Shown piece after piece: positions 42,930-53,576 of a stretch of DNA of 64,000 bases. The notes beneath the pieces are model-generated. The model made no database searches. It was not told the DNA's origin and saw only the letters and a list, made by a program, of their open reading frames with translations. The stretch covers positions 32,001 to 96,000 of the forward strand of contig CAVVOB010000023.1 of assembly GCA_963749655.1 (NCBI GenBank). The letters are read 5' to 3'. Positions within the stretch are counted from its first letter, which is position 1. Every line of letters starts with the position of its first letter. Position numbers and translations under genes: made by a program. This DNA is from Nitrospirota bacterium (GTDB lineage: Bacteria > Nitrospirota > UBA9217).

Positions 42930-44273
42930 CTATTTATTCTCCGCCGTCCCCACCAGATCATATTCCGTGGCATCGGTGATCGTCACGTCGAGAAACTCGC
43001 CGGGCGCGGCCTCCGTCTCCGACAAGTATACCACGCCGTCAACCTCGGGGGCCTGCGTTTGCATCCTGCCGACCAGGGTCATGTCTTCCATGCCGTCGAC
43101 GAGCACGCGGACGCGGGACCCGACGAGTGCGCTGTTTTTCCGCAGGGAGATCCGGGCCTGCGCCTTCATGATCCGGTCGAGCCGGTCGGCCGCAACGTCC
43201 GTCGGCACCGTCTGCTTCAGGCCCTGCGCAGGCGTGCCCTCCTCAGGCGAATAGGTGAATACGCCGAGGTGGTCGAACTCCGTTTCTTTGACAAAGGACA
43301 ACAGCCGCCTGAATGCAGCCTCGGTCTCGCCGGGGAAACCGACGATGAGCGAGGTCCGCAGCGCGATCCCGGGCACCTTCTTCCGCAGCTGGTCGATCGT
43401 CCTCCGGATGTCTTCCGACGTTCCCCTGCGGTTCATGGCGGCAAGCACCCGGTCATCGAAATGCTGGATCGGAATGTCGAGGTACTTGCAGATCTTCGCT
43501 TCGTCCGCCATTACCGCCATCAGCTCCCTGCTGATCCTGCCGGGATAGGCATACATCAGCCGAAGCCACTGGATGCCGCGCACTCTGGCCAGTTTTGTCA
43601 GGAGCATCGGAAGATCGACGCTGCGGTCCCGGTATGCGGTCGAATCCTGCGCCAGGAGGACCAGTTCCTTCGCGCCTTCGCCGGCCAGCGTGCGGGCTTC
43701 CTCAACGATGGACGACGACGGCCTGCTCGTGAAGTTTCCGCGTATGATCGGGATCGCGCAATAGGAGCAGCGGTTGCTGCATCCCTCGGCGATCTTGAGA
43801 TACCGGTAGTGATGCGGCGTCGTGCTCAGCCGGGGCAGGCCGTAGACCATGGTCGGTTCCGATACCTGGATGGTCTGTTTTCCGCCGGACAGCGTCTTCG
43901 TGCAGATCTCGCCGATCCGGCCGATCTCGGCGGTGCCGATCACGGCGTCGGCCTCGGGAAGCTCGCGGCCGAGCTCCTCGCGGTACCGCTGCGCAAGGCA
44001 GCCGGCAATGATGACCTTTCTGCACTTGCCTTCCTGCTTCAGCCTGGCCGCTTCAAGGATCGCCTCAATGGACTCTTCCTTGGCCGACTGAATGAATCCG
44101 CAGGTGTTCACCACGATCACATCCGCATTGTTCCGGTCCGGTGTGACGGTAAAGCCCGCTCCTGCAAGCACGCCAAGCATCTGCTCGGCATCGACCTGGT
44201 TCTTGGGACAGCCCAGGCTGATCATTCCGATACTATAGGGTTTCTTCTTCACAACGTTTATAAATGGGGACAA
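42930..44273 (-). CDS. rimO: Ribosomal protein S12 methylthiotransferase
   Basis: SLGCPKNQVD, NTCGFI, CSNRCSYC, QAPEVDG, C-terminal TRAM. Confidence 0.95.
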   Translation of the reverse strand: MSPFINVVKKKPYSIGMISLGCPKNQVDAEQMLGVLAGAGFTVTPDRNNADVIVVNTCGFIQSAKEESIEAILEAARLKQEGKCRKVIIAGCLAQRYREELGRELPEADAVIGTAEIGRIGEICTKTLSGGKQTIQVSEPTMVYGLPRLSTTPHHYRYLKIAEGCSNRCSYCAIPIIRGNFTSRPSSSIVEEARTLAGEGAKELVLLAQDSTAYRDRSVDLPMLLTKLARVRGIQWLRLMYAYPGRISRELMAVMADEAKICKYLDIPIQHFDDRVLAAMNRRGTSEDIRRTIDQLRKKVPGIALRTSLIVGFPGETEAAFRRLLSFVKETEFDHLGVFTYSPEEGTPAQGLKQTVPTDVAADRLDRIMKAQARISLRKNSALVGSRVRVLVDGMEDMTLVGRMQTQAPEVDGVVYLSETEAAPGEFLDVTITDATEYDLVGTAENK

Positions 44274-44397
44274 GACCTTCGACGCACATTGACATTATAC
44301 TACATAATAGAATACGGATACTATACATCTGAAACGTTAACTGAAGCCCTATCGGTTTTGCACCGGTGAAATCACCTTGTTGCACACGGACGGCTTT

Positions 44398-44856
44398 TTA
44401 AAATCCTCCGGACATGGCCAGGAAGCCCGCCATCTTCTCGTTGGTTTCCCGCAGCCTCTTTGAAAGGGTCTTGGTGAAGGCCCAGAGCAGCTTGTAGCCC
44501 AGCTCGCGGTCCATGATCAGGATTTTGTCCAGGTCCGTCTTGTCTATCGCGAGCACCTCGATGTCCGAATTGGCGATGGCGTGGGCCGACCGGGGAAAAT
44601 TGTCGATCAGGGCCATCTCGCCGAAATAGTCGCCCGCCTTCAGAACGGCCAGGGCCTCCTCGCCGATGTTTGGGATGAATTTGCTGATCCGCACTTCCCC
44701 CTTGATGATCACGTAGCACCGGTTGCCGGGGTCGCCCTCGAAGAACATGACCGTGTCCTTCGCATGGGACTCCCTCCTGGCGATCTTCTGAATTTTTTCC
44801 AGCTCGGCCGCGGAAAGGCTTTCGAAGAGGTGTACTTTCTTGAGAAATTCGATCAT
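44398..44856 (-). CDS. Stand-alone cyclic-nucleotide-binding domain protein
   Basis: GDYFGEMAL..PRSA. Confidence 0.9.
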   Translation of the reverse strand: MIEFLKKVHLFESLSAAELEKIQKIARRESHAKDTVMFFEGDPGNRCYVIIKGEVRISKFIPNIGEEALAVLKAGDYFGEMALIDNFPRSAHAIANSDIEVLAIDKTDLDKILIMDRELGYKLLWAFTKTLSKRLRETNEKMAGFLAMSGGF

Positions 44857-44866
44857 CGTCTCTCCC

Positions 44867-45241
44867 TCACATGTGGGTGCGGTCCACCTCGAAGGCGTTC
44901 TGGATCAGCTCGATCTCCTGTTCGTTCGCCGTATTGATGGCCACCACATCGAACCGGCAGGGCACCTGATGGATGCGCTTGCGCTTGATGTACCCCAGCG
45001 CGGTCCTGATCATGCGCATCTGCTTCCGCGGAGTGACCGCCAGCTCGGGAGCTCCGAATGCGCTGCTGGTCCGGGTCTTGACTTCCACGAACACGACTGC
45101 TCCCTCGTGCAGGGCGATGAGGTCGATCTCCCCGGTCGCAGTCCGGTAATTGCGCTCCAGGATCTTGTACCCCCGCCGGGAAAGGTACTGCGCAGCGCGG
45201 TCCTCGCCTTCCCTCCCGAGCAGCTTCCTCAGGAGGCTCAC
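44867..45241 (-). CDS. yraN: YraN/UPF0102 family nuclease
   Basis: GEIDLI..VFVEVKTR..RFDVV. Confidence 0.92.
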   Translation of the reverse strand: MSLLRKLLGREGEDRAAQYLSRRGYKILERNYRTATGEIDLIALHEGAVVFVEVKTRTSSAFGAPELAVTPRKQMRMIRTALGYIKRKRIHQVPCRFDVVAINTANEQEIELIQNAFEVDRTHM

Positions 45242-45930
45242 CGCCGCTCCTCCCGGAGCATTCGGGCAACGGGATTGAACGTTTTTCTGTGCGCCTCGCA
45301 GGGTCCGTGCTCGGCGATGAGCGCAAGGTGCTCTTTCGTGCCGTAGCCTTTGTGTTTCTGAAAATTGTACTGAGGAAATCTTTTATGGAGCTCAAGCATC
45401 AGCCGGTCCCGCGTCACTTTTGCGAGGATCGAAGCGGCTGCGATGCTGTGACTGCGGCTGTCGCCTCTGATGATCGGCTTCTGCGGAAGAGGAACTCGCG
45501 GGAGCGTCAATGCGTCGAGAAGAAGGAAATCCGGACGGGGAAGGAGCTGTTCGAGCGCCCGCTCCATGGCGATGATGGTCGCCTGCAGGACGTTCACCTC
45601 GTCGATGGTCCGCTCGTCGGCGACGCCGATCCCGAAGCAGACCGCCGATTGTTGCACCTCGTCAAAGAGCCGTTCCCGCAACTGCTCCGGGACCTGCTTG
45701 GAGTCGGTCAGCCCCGGGATGAGAAGCCCCTCCGGAAGCACGACCGCGGCGGCCACGACCGGACCGGCCAGCGGCCCCCTGCCTGCCTCGTCGAGGCCCG
45801 CGATGCAGGTGAAGCCGGAGCTGCGGGCGCTGCGCTCGAAAAAAAGCGGGTCGCACGCCAGCTCATCGCCGAACAGGTCAGCGGTGCGCTCTGAACGCGC
45901 CTCCCCAGGAAAGGAACGGCCACGGGGCAT
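45238..45930 (-). CDS. rnhB: Ribonuclease HII
   Basis: GLDEAGRGPLAGPV, DSK, IAAASILAKVTRD, HKGYGT. Confidence 0.96.
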   Translation of the reverse strand: MPRGRSFPGEARSERTADLFGDELACDPLFFERSARSSGFTCIAGLDEAGRGPLAGPVVAAAVVLPEGLLIPGLTDSKQVPEQLRERLFDEVQQSAVCFGIGVADERTIDEVNVLQATIIAMERALEQLLPRPDFLLLDALTLPRVPLPQKPIIRGDSRSHSIAAASILAKVTRDRLMLELHKRFPQYNFQKHKGYGTKEHLALIAEHGPCEAHRKTFNPVARMLREERR

Positions 45931-46058
45931 AACAACCTCGGAACGACAAGTTTCAAATTACAAATCCCAAATAAGCCCCAAAACCGGGTCCGGCATTGGG
46001 CGCATGGTATTTGGGATTTGCCTGTGCCTTGAAGTCTGGGAATTGATGCCTGCTCGCG

Positions 46059-46454
46059 CTACTTCTGCTCGGCTGCCTCGGCCTGGGTCGCGCCGGCAAC
46101 CTGCGCAAAAACGCGCTCTTTTTCCTTGATCCTGGCGGCCTTGCCGCGGAGCTCTCTCAGGAAGTAGAGCTTGGCCCTGCGGACCTTGCCCTCTTTGGCG
46201 AGCTCGATCTTGTCGATCATCGGCGAGTGGATCGGGAAGAGCCTCTCGACGCCCACGCCGTAGGACAGCTTCCGCACACGGATGATTTCACGGGCGCCCG
46301 CGCCCTGCCGTCCGATCACCAGACCCTCGAATACCTGGATCCTTTCCTTGTCGCCTTCTACGACCTTCGCGTGAACACGGATGGTGTCTCCCACGCGGAA
46401 GCTCGGTATCCCTTCACGGACCTGGGCCTTTTCCAAAGATTGAATGATGTTCAT
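46059..46454 (-). CDS. rplS: 50S ribosomal protein L19
   Basis: [22 protein letters not shown]. Confidence 0.98.
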   Translation of the reverse strand: MNIIQSLEKAQVREGIPSFRVGDTIRVHAKVVEGDKERIQVFEGLVIGRQGAGAREIIRVRKLSYGVGVERLFPIHSPMIDKIELAKEGKVRRAKLYFLRELRGKAARIKEKERVFAQVAGATQAEAAEQK

Positions 46455-46570
46455 GACAAACCTCCCTCGCTAAATGCAAATTCCAAATTTCAAACTCCAA
46501 AATACAAATAAATTCCAAAAGCCAAATTCGAATTTGGATCATTGAAGCTTATTTGTCATTTGGCGCTTGT

Positions 46571-47335
46571 TTATTGATGCTTTCTTTCCAGCTCTTTCCT
46601 CAATTCTTCCAAAACCTGTTCGTCTTCCCGCGTGAGCTCGGCGGTTTTCAGCAGGTCCGGCCTTTTCATGAGCGTGGCCCTGAGCGATTCGCGCCGGCGC
46701 CACTTCTCGATCTCTGCATGGTTGCCCCCCAGCAGGACTTCCGGCACCTTCCTGCCGCGGAACTCGGCAGGCCTCGTATAGTGAGGATGGTCGAGCAGTC
46801 CGTCTCCGAAGGAATCCCGATACGCGGACTCTTCGTCGCCCAGGACCCCGGGCAGGAGACGGACCGCTGCGTCGATCACGACCAGCGCCGCCAGTTCTCC
46901 GCCGGTGAGCACATAGTCCCCGAGGGAGATCTCCTCGTCCACGAGAGCGTCAATCACCCGCTCATCGATTGCCTCGTAATGTCCGCAGAGCAGGACGATC
47001 CTCCGCGTTTCCCCGGACAGCTCCTCGGCCCTCCGCTGATCCAGGACCCGACCCTGGGGCGAAAGCAGGATCTTCAGGAATTCCTCGCCGGGATGGGCTG
47101 CCTTCATGGCCTCAAAGGCCCTGAAGATCGGATCGGGTTTGAGCACCATACCCGCGCCGCCTCCGTAGGGGCTGTCGTCGGCGGTTTTGTGCTTGTCTTC
47201 CGTATAGTCCCGGATGTTCCTGATTTCGACATCCAGGAGCCCTTTTTCACGGGCGCGCTTCAGAATGCTCTCGTTCAGGGGCCCTGTAAGGATCCCCGGA
47301 AACAGGGTGAGCACCTCAAAATTCAGTCTTCGCAT
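46571..47335 (-). CDS. trmD: tRNA (guanine37-N1)-methyltransferase
   Basis: DDSPYGGGAGM, SLGDYVLTGGE, YTRP. Confidence 0.97.
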   Translation of the reverse strand: MRRLNFEVLTLFPGILTGPLNESILKRAREKGLLDVEIRNIRDYTEDKHKTADDSPYGGGAGMVLKPDPIFRAFEAMKAAHPGEEFLKILLSPQGRVLDQRRAEELSGETRRIVLLCGHYEAIDERVIDALVDEEISLGDYVLTGGELAALVVIDAAVRLLPGVLGDEESAYRDSFGDGLLDHPHYTRPAEFRGRKVPEVLLGGNHAEIEKWRRRESLRATLMKRPDLLKTAELTREDEQVLEELRKELERKHQ

Positions 47336-47355
47336 TGCCGGAGCCGGTTCCCACA

Positions 47356-47859
47356 TCATTCCAACAGGCCATCGATGAGATGGACGACCATTCGTTTGGC
47401 TCCCCGGTCGACCTGCCTTATCACTTCGCGCGTCGCAGGAAGATAAATCTCCTTCCCTCCGCATTTGACGACGTACACATCGTTGCTGCCTGTTTCGAAA
47501 ATGTCCACGATCGGCCCGAGCGTCTCACCGCTGTCGGAAACGACTTCCATGCCCATGAGTTCGAACCAGTAGTACGAGCCCTCGGGCAGCGGGACCGCTT
47601 CCTCCTCCGGGACCTTTACGAGCCAGCCGTTGAGGGTCTTTGCCTTCTCAGGCGAGTCATACCCCGAAAACAGGAGAAAGGGGATTCCGTTGGCGTAGCG
47701 GACGCTCTTTACTTCGCAGACGGTCTCTTTCCCGGCGGGAGAAATGAGGTAAACGCGGCGGAGCCCGTTGAACCGTTCGGGGAAGTCCGTCAGCATTTCT
47801 ATTTTCATCTCTCCCTTGACGCCGAAGGGTTTGACCGCTTTGCCGATCGTTATCAGCAT
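47356..47859 (-). CDS. rimM: Ribosome maturation factor RimM
   Basis: PFGVKGE, YYWFELMG, GSNDVY; lies between rpsP and trmD. Confidence 0.95.
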   Translation of the reverse strand: MLITIGKAVKPFGVKGEMKIEMLTDFPERFNGLRRVYLISPAGKETVCEVKSVRYANGIPFLLFSGYDSPEKAKTLNGWLVKVPEEEAVPLPEGSYYWFELMGMEVVSDSGETLGPIVDIFETGSNDVYVVKCGGKEIYLPATREVIRQVDRGAKRMVVHLIDGLLE

Positions 47860-47947
47860 ACCGCAGAGAAGCGGATAAGGGGTTCGCCCTTTTTCAGTTT
47901 GCGGTTTTCACTCCGCATTCCGCATTCCGCATTCCGCATTTTAACGG

Positions 47948-48211
47948 CTACTTCGCTTCCGCGTACTGCTTCATGACTCCAACCTTGGAGAGCAGGGTCT
48001 TGACCGTATCGGACGGCACTGCGCCCTTCTTGAGCCAGCCGAGCGCCTTTTCCTGGTCGACCTTGATCTCCGCCGGCTTCTTGAGGGGGTCATACGTGCC
48101 GACCATCTCGATGAAGCGGCCGTCGCGGGGCGACCGGGAGTCCGCCACTACCAACCGGTAGTAGGGCTTCTTGTGGGTCCCTATTCTCTTGAGTCTGATC
48201 CGTACTGACAT
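47948..48211 (-). CDS. rpsP: 30S ribosomal protein S16
   Basis: [27 protein letters not shown]. Confidence 0.98.
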   Translation of the reverse strand: MSVRIRLKRIGTHKKPYYRLVVADSRSPRDGRFIEMVGTYDPLKKPAEIKVDQEKALGWLKKGAVPSDTVKTLLSKVGVMKQYAEAK

Positions 48212-48310
48212 TGTGTCACCTCTTTCGTTAGATACAATTTCCAAATTCGAATTTCTAAACTCTAAATAACTGCCTTTTAGGATTTAGATATTCGGATTTC
48301 GCGCTTGCCT

Positions 48311-49646
48311 TTAAAACGGCATCCTTCCGCCGAACATCTTCGCCATATTTCCCATCTTGCCGCTCGTCATGGACTTCATCATCTTGCGCATGTCGGCGAA
48401 CTGCTTCAGGAGCCGGTTCACGTCCTGCACCTGGGTGCCGCTCCCCTTAGCGATGCGGGCCCTGCGGCTGCCGTTGATGACGGTGTAATCCGCCCGCTCC
48501 TTCTGGGTCATGGAGCTGATGATGGCGTCCACTTTCGTCAGTTCCTTTTCGTTCACCTGGGCATCAGGGAGCTTCATCTTCCCCATCCCCGGGATCATGC
48601 TCATGATGGATTCCAGCCCGCCGAGCTTCTTCACCTGCTTGAGCTGGTTGCGGAAGTCGTCAAGATCAAAGGAGTTCTTCTTGAGCTTCTTCGCTAGCTT
48701 GAGCGCCTCTTCCTTGTCGACGGACTCCTGCGCCTTCTCGATGAGCGACATGACGTCGCCCATGCCGAGGATGCGCGAGGCCATGCGGTCCGGATGGAAC
48801 GCTTCCAGGGCGTCGAGTTTCTCGCCCATGCCGACGAACTTGAGCGGCTTGCCGGTCACCGACCGGACCGAGAGGGCCGCGCCGCCCCGGGCGTCGCCGT
48901 CGAGCTTGGTCAGCACAACGCCGTCGAAGCCGAGATCGGCATTGAACTTGGCCGCGATGTTCACGGCCTCCTGGCCCGTCATGGCGTCGGCCACGAACAG
49001 GACCTCGCTCGGCTTGACCGCAGCCTTGATCTGCTTGAGCTCCTCCATAAGGGGCTCGTCGATCTGGAGCCGGCCGGCAGTATCGAGGATAACGACTTCG
49101 AACAGCGATGCAGCCGCCTGTTTTACCGCGTTCCGGCAGATAGTCACCGGGTCCTGGTCTTCCGTTATGAAGGCGTCGACGCCGACCTGCTTTGCCAGCG
49201 TCTTGAGCTGCTGGACTGCTGCCGGCCTTCTCGTATCAGCAGGCGACCAGGAGGACCCTGCGGCCGTCCTTCTTGAAATTCTTCGCCAGCTTGCCGGCCG
49301 TCGTGGTCTTGCCGGACCCCTGCAGGCCCACCATCATGATGACCGTGGGCGGGTTCGGGGACAAAAACAGCTTGGCCTGGGTGCCGCCGAGCAATCCGAC
49401 GAGCTCATCATGAACGATCTTGATGACCTGCTGGCCCGGTGTGAGGCTGCTCAGGATCTCCTTGCCGACGGCGCGCTCCTGAACACGGCCGATAAAATCC
49501 TTGACGACTTTGAAATTGACGTCCGCCTCGAGAAGCGCAAGCCGCACCTCGCGCATCGCTTCCTTGACATCGTCTTCCTTCAGGACGCCCCTGCCCCGGA
49601 GCTTCTTGAAAACAGACTCTAATTTCCCTGTAAGGACATCAAACAT
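48311..49646 (-). CDS. ffh: Signal recognition particle protein Ffh, with a frameshift near 49240
   Basis: ALLEADV, GLQGSGKTT, DTAGR, TKLDGDARGGAALS, Met-rich M domain. Confidence 0.96.
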
Positions 49647-49800
49647 GGCAAGTTCCCGATTGGCAAAGAATATAGAATATATAAAATAAGTCCAGCATTG
49701 TCAAGGATTTTCTCGATTATTTTTATTATAAGGGGGTCGGCTGTTCCCTATTTTAACCCCAAAAGGAAAGGAATACCATTAGTTAAGTAGTTTACAAAAC

Positions 49801-49831
49801 AAAAGCCCCGGGCGGCCTCCCCGGGGCTTTT
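49801..49831. terminator. Intrinsic terminator, symmetric
   Basis: AAAAGCCCCGGG..CCCGGGGCTTTT. Confidence 0.8.
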
Positions 49832-49849
49832 CTGTTCATTCTACCGTCT

Positions 49850-50859
49850 CTATAACGATGTTTTGACCGTGACCTTGGAAGCCGTCAGGACGCCGCCTGC
49901 GTAGGTGCCCTCGACTTCCACGATGCTTCCGTTCCCGAACCCCTGGGGCAGGGTGATTGACGAGGCGTTGACCGAGATGCCGCTCACGGTGAACGTCTTT
50001 GCTCCTCCATTGAAATCAGCCACAATCCCCTCGATCTCGGTCTTGTCATTTTCTGAAGGAGACGACTCCACCTTGTACTCCACGTCGCTTGCAACGAGCG
50101 TATGGGTCCCCGCATTGTACTGGCCGAGCGTGCTCTTGACTTCCACGAACAGTCCGTCGGCGATGCCTCCTGCCGGGAAATCCTTCAACTGGGCAGGACC
50201 GCTTCCGTAGTCAACGATAAGTCCGCCGATCCTGAACGTCTTTGCCACGGTGTTCGTGCTTCCCGATGCAATGGTTCCCTTCAGCTCTATCTCATCGCCC
50301 GCGGAAGGCGAAGACTTCTTCAGCTCGATAAAGGTCGCATGGATCACGCCGGAGCTGTCGGTCATGCCGCTCACCTCCACGATCGGTGTCGTCGTGCGAC
50401 AAGTGACGCAAGCGAGCTCACGGTCGTTCCAGTCGGAGACAAATGGGTGCTCACGTCCACCAGGACCGTCTGATCCAGGACCGTCAAGGTTGAGGTTGCA
50501 CCTGACGCGACCGCGGTCAACGGTCCCTGCAGGTTGTCCTCATAATCGATTTCGGCGCCTTCTCCGTTCACGCCGTCATCGCTCATGCTGCCCTTAACGC
50601 TCACCACCATGCCGACCTGCAGTTCGCTTTCCCCATGGCCTGAAACGCCCTCCACCTTGATCGTCGAACCGGTTGTTTTATACTCAACGCCGTTCACGAA
50701 AATGCTTCCCTTCGCGGTTATGGCTCCTTTGCTGAAAGCCGGTGTACTGACGGTGCCGGTACCGCCGCCTCCGCCACTGCTACCGCAGGAAGCAACATAG
50801 ACTGCGCTCAAACCCAAGGCTGCCAGAAAACTTATGATTGTGATTGCTCTTCTCTTCAT
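49850..50859 (-). CDS. DUF5666-like repeat lipoprotein, with a frameshift near 50400
   Basis: Lipobox-like VASC plus Gly linker; repeated GxI..GSIFVNGV / LQVGMVVSVKG / VEVEG motifs. Confidence 0.75.
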
Positions 50860-50891
50860 GCTATGGTCCTCCTCTATCGTAGTTGTTGTAT

Positions 50892-50907
50892 TGCATAAAC
50901 GCATCCA
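50892..50907 (-). promoter_or_regulatory. Possible sigma54 promoter
   Basis: Minus strand TGGATGCGTTTATGCA (GG-N10-GC), ~33 bp before the start codon. Confidence 0.45.
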
Positions 50908-51361
50908 ATGGGATGCGGAGATCGCTTTTTCACTCCGGCTATGAAAAATACTACAGACGGGGACCCGCCCGTGCAAGAAATGGGATACCAAAGGTCCTCT
51001 TTCCAAAAAGCATAGGACGTTTAACAGGCGATGTCAAGGGACAAAAAGAAAATCGTACATTAGTAGTAAACCACGTTGCCGACTGGTCCTCAAGCAGGCA
51101 TTATGAACTCTTTTCAAGCGGTAAACACACCGCGGGGTCGAGATCGAATTTCGAGAATCCTTCCCTTAACTTATACAGGTTAATTAAAGTCCGGCTTGAG
51201 CACCGTCTTCCTTGGCCGACACGCGGGACGGCCCGGCTTGCAGCCCGCCGGCGCCTGCTGCATATTGAAGCTATACGGCAAATGGTGAAGGTCCTCTCCC
51301 AGTATGGGGAAATCCGTGCTACGCCGGAGTCAATGCGCCTTCGTTAAAATTCACTGCAGGA

Positions 51362-51423
51362 CAAAAAACGGGCATTCTGGCTGCAGCTCTCGGGAGGGAG
51401 AGGAGCAGGAGCCAGAATGCCCT
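51362..51423 (-). terminator. Terminator-like hairpin with a long C/U-rich loop
   Basis: Minus strand GGGCATTCTGGCT..CTCCTCTCCCTCCC..AGCCAGAATGCCC-GTTTTTT. Confidence 0.65.
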
Positions 51424-51503
51424 GCGAGAGGGGGGGGCCCTCTTTTCTGATAGAACTATGACGTACAGCTTCAAGCTGACAGCTGAACGCTGACGGCCGG
51501 TTT

Positions 51504-52370
51504 CTAATACTCCATCACAACTTCATTGAACGGCTCTCGCTTGACCTCATTGCCCATCCTGTCGCGATAGATCAGCTCGTCGGTGTCGAGGTCATACTCC
51601 GGAATGTTCGGATCAAGCCAGCGGGTGACGAAATACTGGTAGAATAAGCTGAACAGATTGCCGCTCTTCCCGTGCTTGAATACATACTCCGGCATATCCC
51701 GCACGTTCGTACCCGCGGGATAATGCTGCATGCTGAGGTAATCGCCGAGAATGGCCAATTTGAGCAGGGGCACGTCCCGGTAGAGCTTCAGCCTCACGTT
51801 CTTCTGCAGGGCCTTGAGCCCCTTCAAAAAATCGATGCTCCTGATGATGTGGTCGCGAAAGCTTTCCGGCGTAATCTCCGGATCTGCGAGGCTCTTTGCG
51901 CGCGCGGTCACGCCGTCCTTCAGCGGATCGAGCAGCATGACCTTTGCCTCCCGGCAGTTTTTAAGGACCTGGTGCAGATCGCCGGCCGGATCGACAAAGG
52001 TCCGGTAGCCCGTTGAGCTGATGAGCATGACGTTCCGCCCGAAGCCCTGCTCTTCCTTGAGCTTCCTGACCTGCCTCCGTGCAAGAAAGGACTTCACGGG
52101 CGCGACATGATGAAGGCCCGCGGTCTTCGCCATCTGCGACTGTTTGCGCATGCGCCAGCTCCTGACCGCGGCGTTGATGCCCACGATCAGCAGGACGGCG
52201 GCGCCGATCTCGGTCACGACGAGAATGAGCTCCTCGTTCTCCACGAGGGACCACGAGAGCAGCAGCTTCCTGCTCAGATATTTCACAATATCGGGAAGCG
52301 AGAGCGCCATGGCCGCGCTCAGTACGACGACGGAGATATGATACAGAATATGAACAGCGTTTTTCCTCAT
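51504..52370 (-). CDS. 2-TM protein with a DUF5919-like cytoplasmic domain
   Basis: Two hydrophobic helices; VMLLDP..RA....VRLKLY..P pattern; family call from recall. Confidence 0.6.
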   Translation of the reverse strand: MRKNAVHILYHISVVVLSAAMALSLPDIVKYLSRKLLLSWSLVENEELILVVTEIGAAVLLIVGINAAVRSWRMRKQSQMAKTAGLHHVAPVKSFLARRQVRKLKEEQGFGRNVMLISSTGYRTFVDPAGDLHQVLKNCREAKVMLLDPLKDGVTARAKSLADPEITPESFRDHIIRSIDFLKGLKALQKNVRLKLYRDVPLLKLAILGDYLSMQHYPAGTNVRDMPEYVFKHGKSGNLFSLFYQYFVTRWLDPNIPEYDLDTDELIYRDRMGNEVKREPFNEVVMEY

Positions 52371-52470
52371 GTCCGCCTCCTTCATCTTTCCCGCGAGCTG
52401 TTCCCCCGGCATCCCGAGGATCGCGATATTTTGGAGAAGCTCCCGCCCGGGCAAAGTTGCTTTCGCGCCG

Positions 52471-52836
52471 TCATGAAAGCACGATCAGGGCGGCAGCGAG
52501 CAGGAACGCAAAGTCGGTGCCTGATGTGTTTCCTCCCCCGTCGATGCGGTCGCACAGTCTGACGATCAGTCGGAAGTCCCGGCTGTCCATAGACGCCAGC
52601 CTCTCTTTTGCGCGGGAGGGCAGCCGGCGGTTTCCGATCCTGCTCTCCAGCACGGATACGACCCTGTCGATATCACGGTCCGCCTCTGCGTCCTTCATGC
52701 GCAGCTGCCGCCCTGCTTCCCCGCTCACGGCAACGGCCCCTGCATGCTGCGGTGCGGCAAAAAGCGATTCAACCGCGACGGCACTCAGCAGGATTGCAAC
52801 GAGCGGAACCAGCAGCGTCATAATGCCTCTGGCCAT
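52471..52836 (-). CDS. Small exported/membrane hypothetical protein
   Basis: Signal-like N-terminus, helical core, hydrophobic C-terminus; RBS GGAG. Confidence 0.6.
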   Translation of the reverse strand: MARGIMTLLVPLVAILLSAVAVESLFAAPQHAGAVAVSGEAGRQLRMKDAEADRDIDRVVSVLESRIGNRRLPSRAKERLASMDSRDFRLIVRLCDRIDGGGNTSGTDFAFLLAAALIVLS

Positions 52837-52919
52837 AGCTGTTCTCCCGTTGAAGTTGGCTGCGGAACCGGCAGCCGGATGGGGACCCGTTTCCGGCCTC
52901 TTCACGAATCGAAGCCCCA

Positions 52920-53165
52920 TCAGCAAACCCCGAGAAATTCCATGTCCGGCGAAGCGGTCCATTTGTTTTTGCCCGAGATCTTTGAAATGCCCTGCTGAAC
53001 GCTGCATCTCATGCACTGGGACACCAGGGTGCTCTCATCGAATATCTTATACACGCAGCAGGTACACAAGCTCATCAGCACATCAAGCTTGCTGGATTCG
53101 ATGCACTCTTCTACTTCCTTTACCATCTGTTCCCTGTTCGGGCAAAAATTGACCGGCATTTCCAT
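52920..53165 (-). CDS. Small Cys-rich hypothetical protein
   Basis: CTCC..CMRC; purine-rich RBS region; first gene after a sigma54 promoter. Confidence 0.55.
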   Translation of the reverse strand: MEMPVNFCPNREQMVKEVEECIESSKLDVLMSLCTCCVYKIFDESTLVSQCMRCSVQQGISKISGKNKWTASPDMEFLGVC

Positions 53166-53245
53166 CTCTCTCTTTCTTTTTCATTCACGGACCCGTGAAT
53201 CGGCGCTGCTGCCGTGGTTTCATTTCGTTTGACTGCTCTGTCTAA

Positions 53246-53261
53246 AGCAATTCGAATGCCA
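53246..53261 (-). promoter_or_regulatory. sigma54 (-24/-12) promoter
   Basis: Minus strand TGGCATTCGAATTGCT, near consensus TGGCAC-N5-TTGCW. Confidence 0.78.
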
Positions 53262-53576
53262 GAAGCGCCGGAGACGCTGATCCTTTTGATTCTAAAAAGT
53301 AAATTGCTGCTTTCGGACAGAGTTGGAGTTTCCGGACTGCGGGCTCCTGTATGGATTATCATGCAGCAGGGTGAGGAAAGCTTGCGGTGATATGATTTTT
53401 TGCAGGGATAATCAATTCCTTATGCCTCTGTATGAAATTGCATACAGGAGCGATTATCACGATGCAGTGCTGTGGGCGGGAAAAAAAGACAACAAAAGGT
53501 CAGCATTGAGCTGTCAGCTTGAGACTTCAGGGGACGCAGGGACCGAAGAAGAACAGAGACGGGGTGCCCGCGCCTC

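Noticed and set aside
47860-47947. KH-domain gene between rpsP and rimM
   Set aside because: The spacer is only 88 bp and holds a CCGCATT heptamer run. Absence of this gene is common and not clearly significant.
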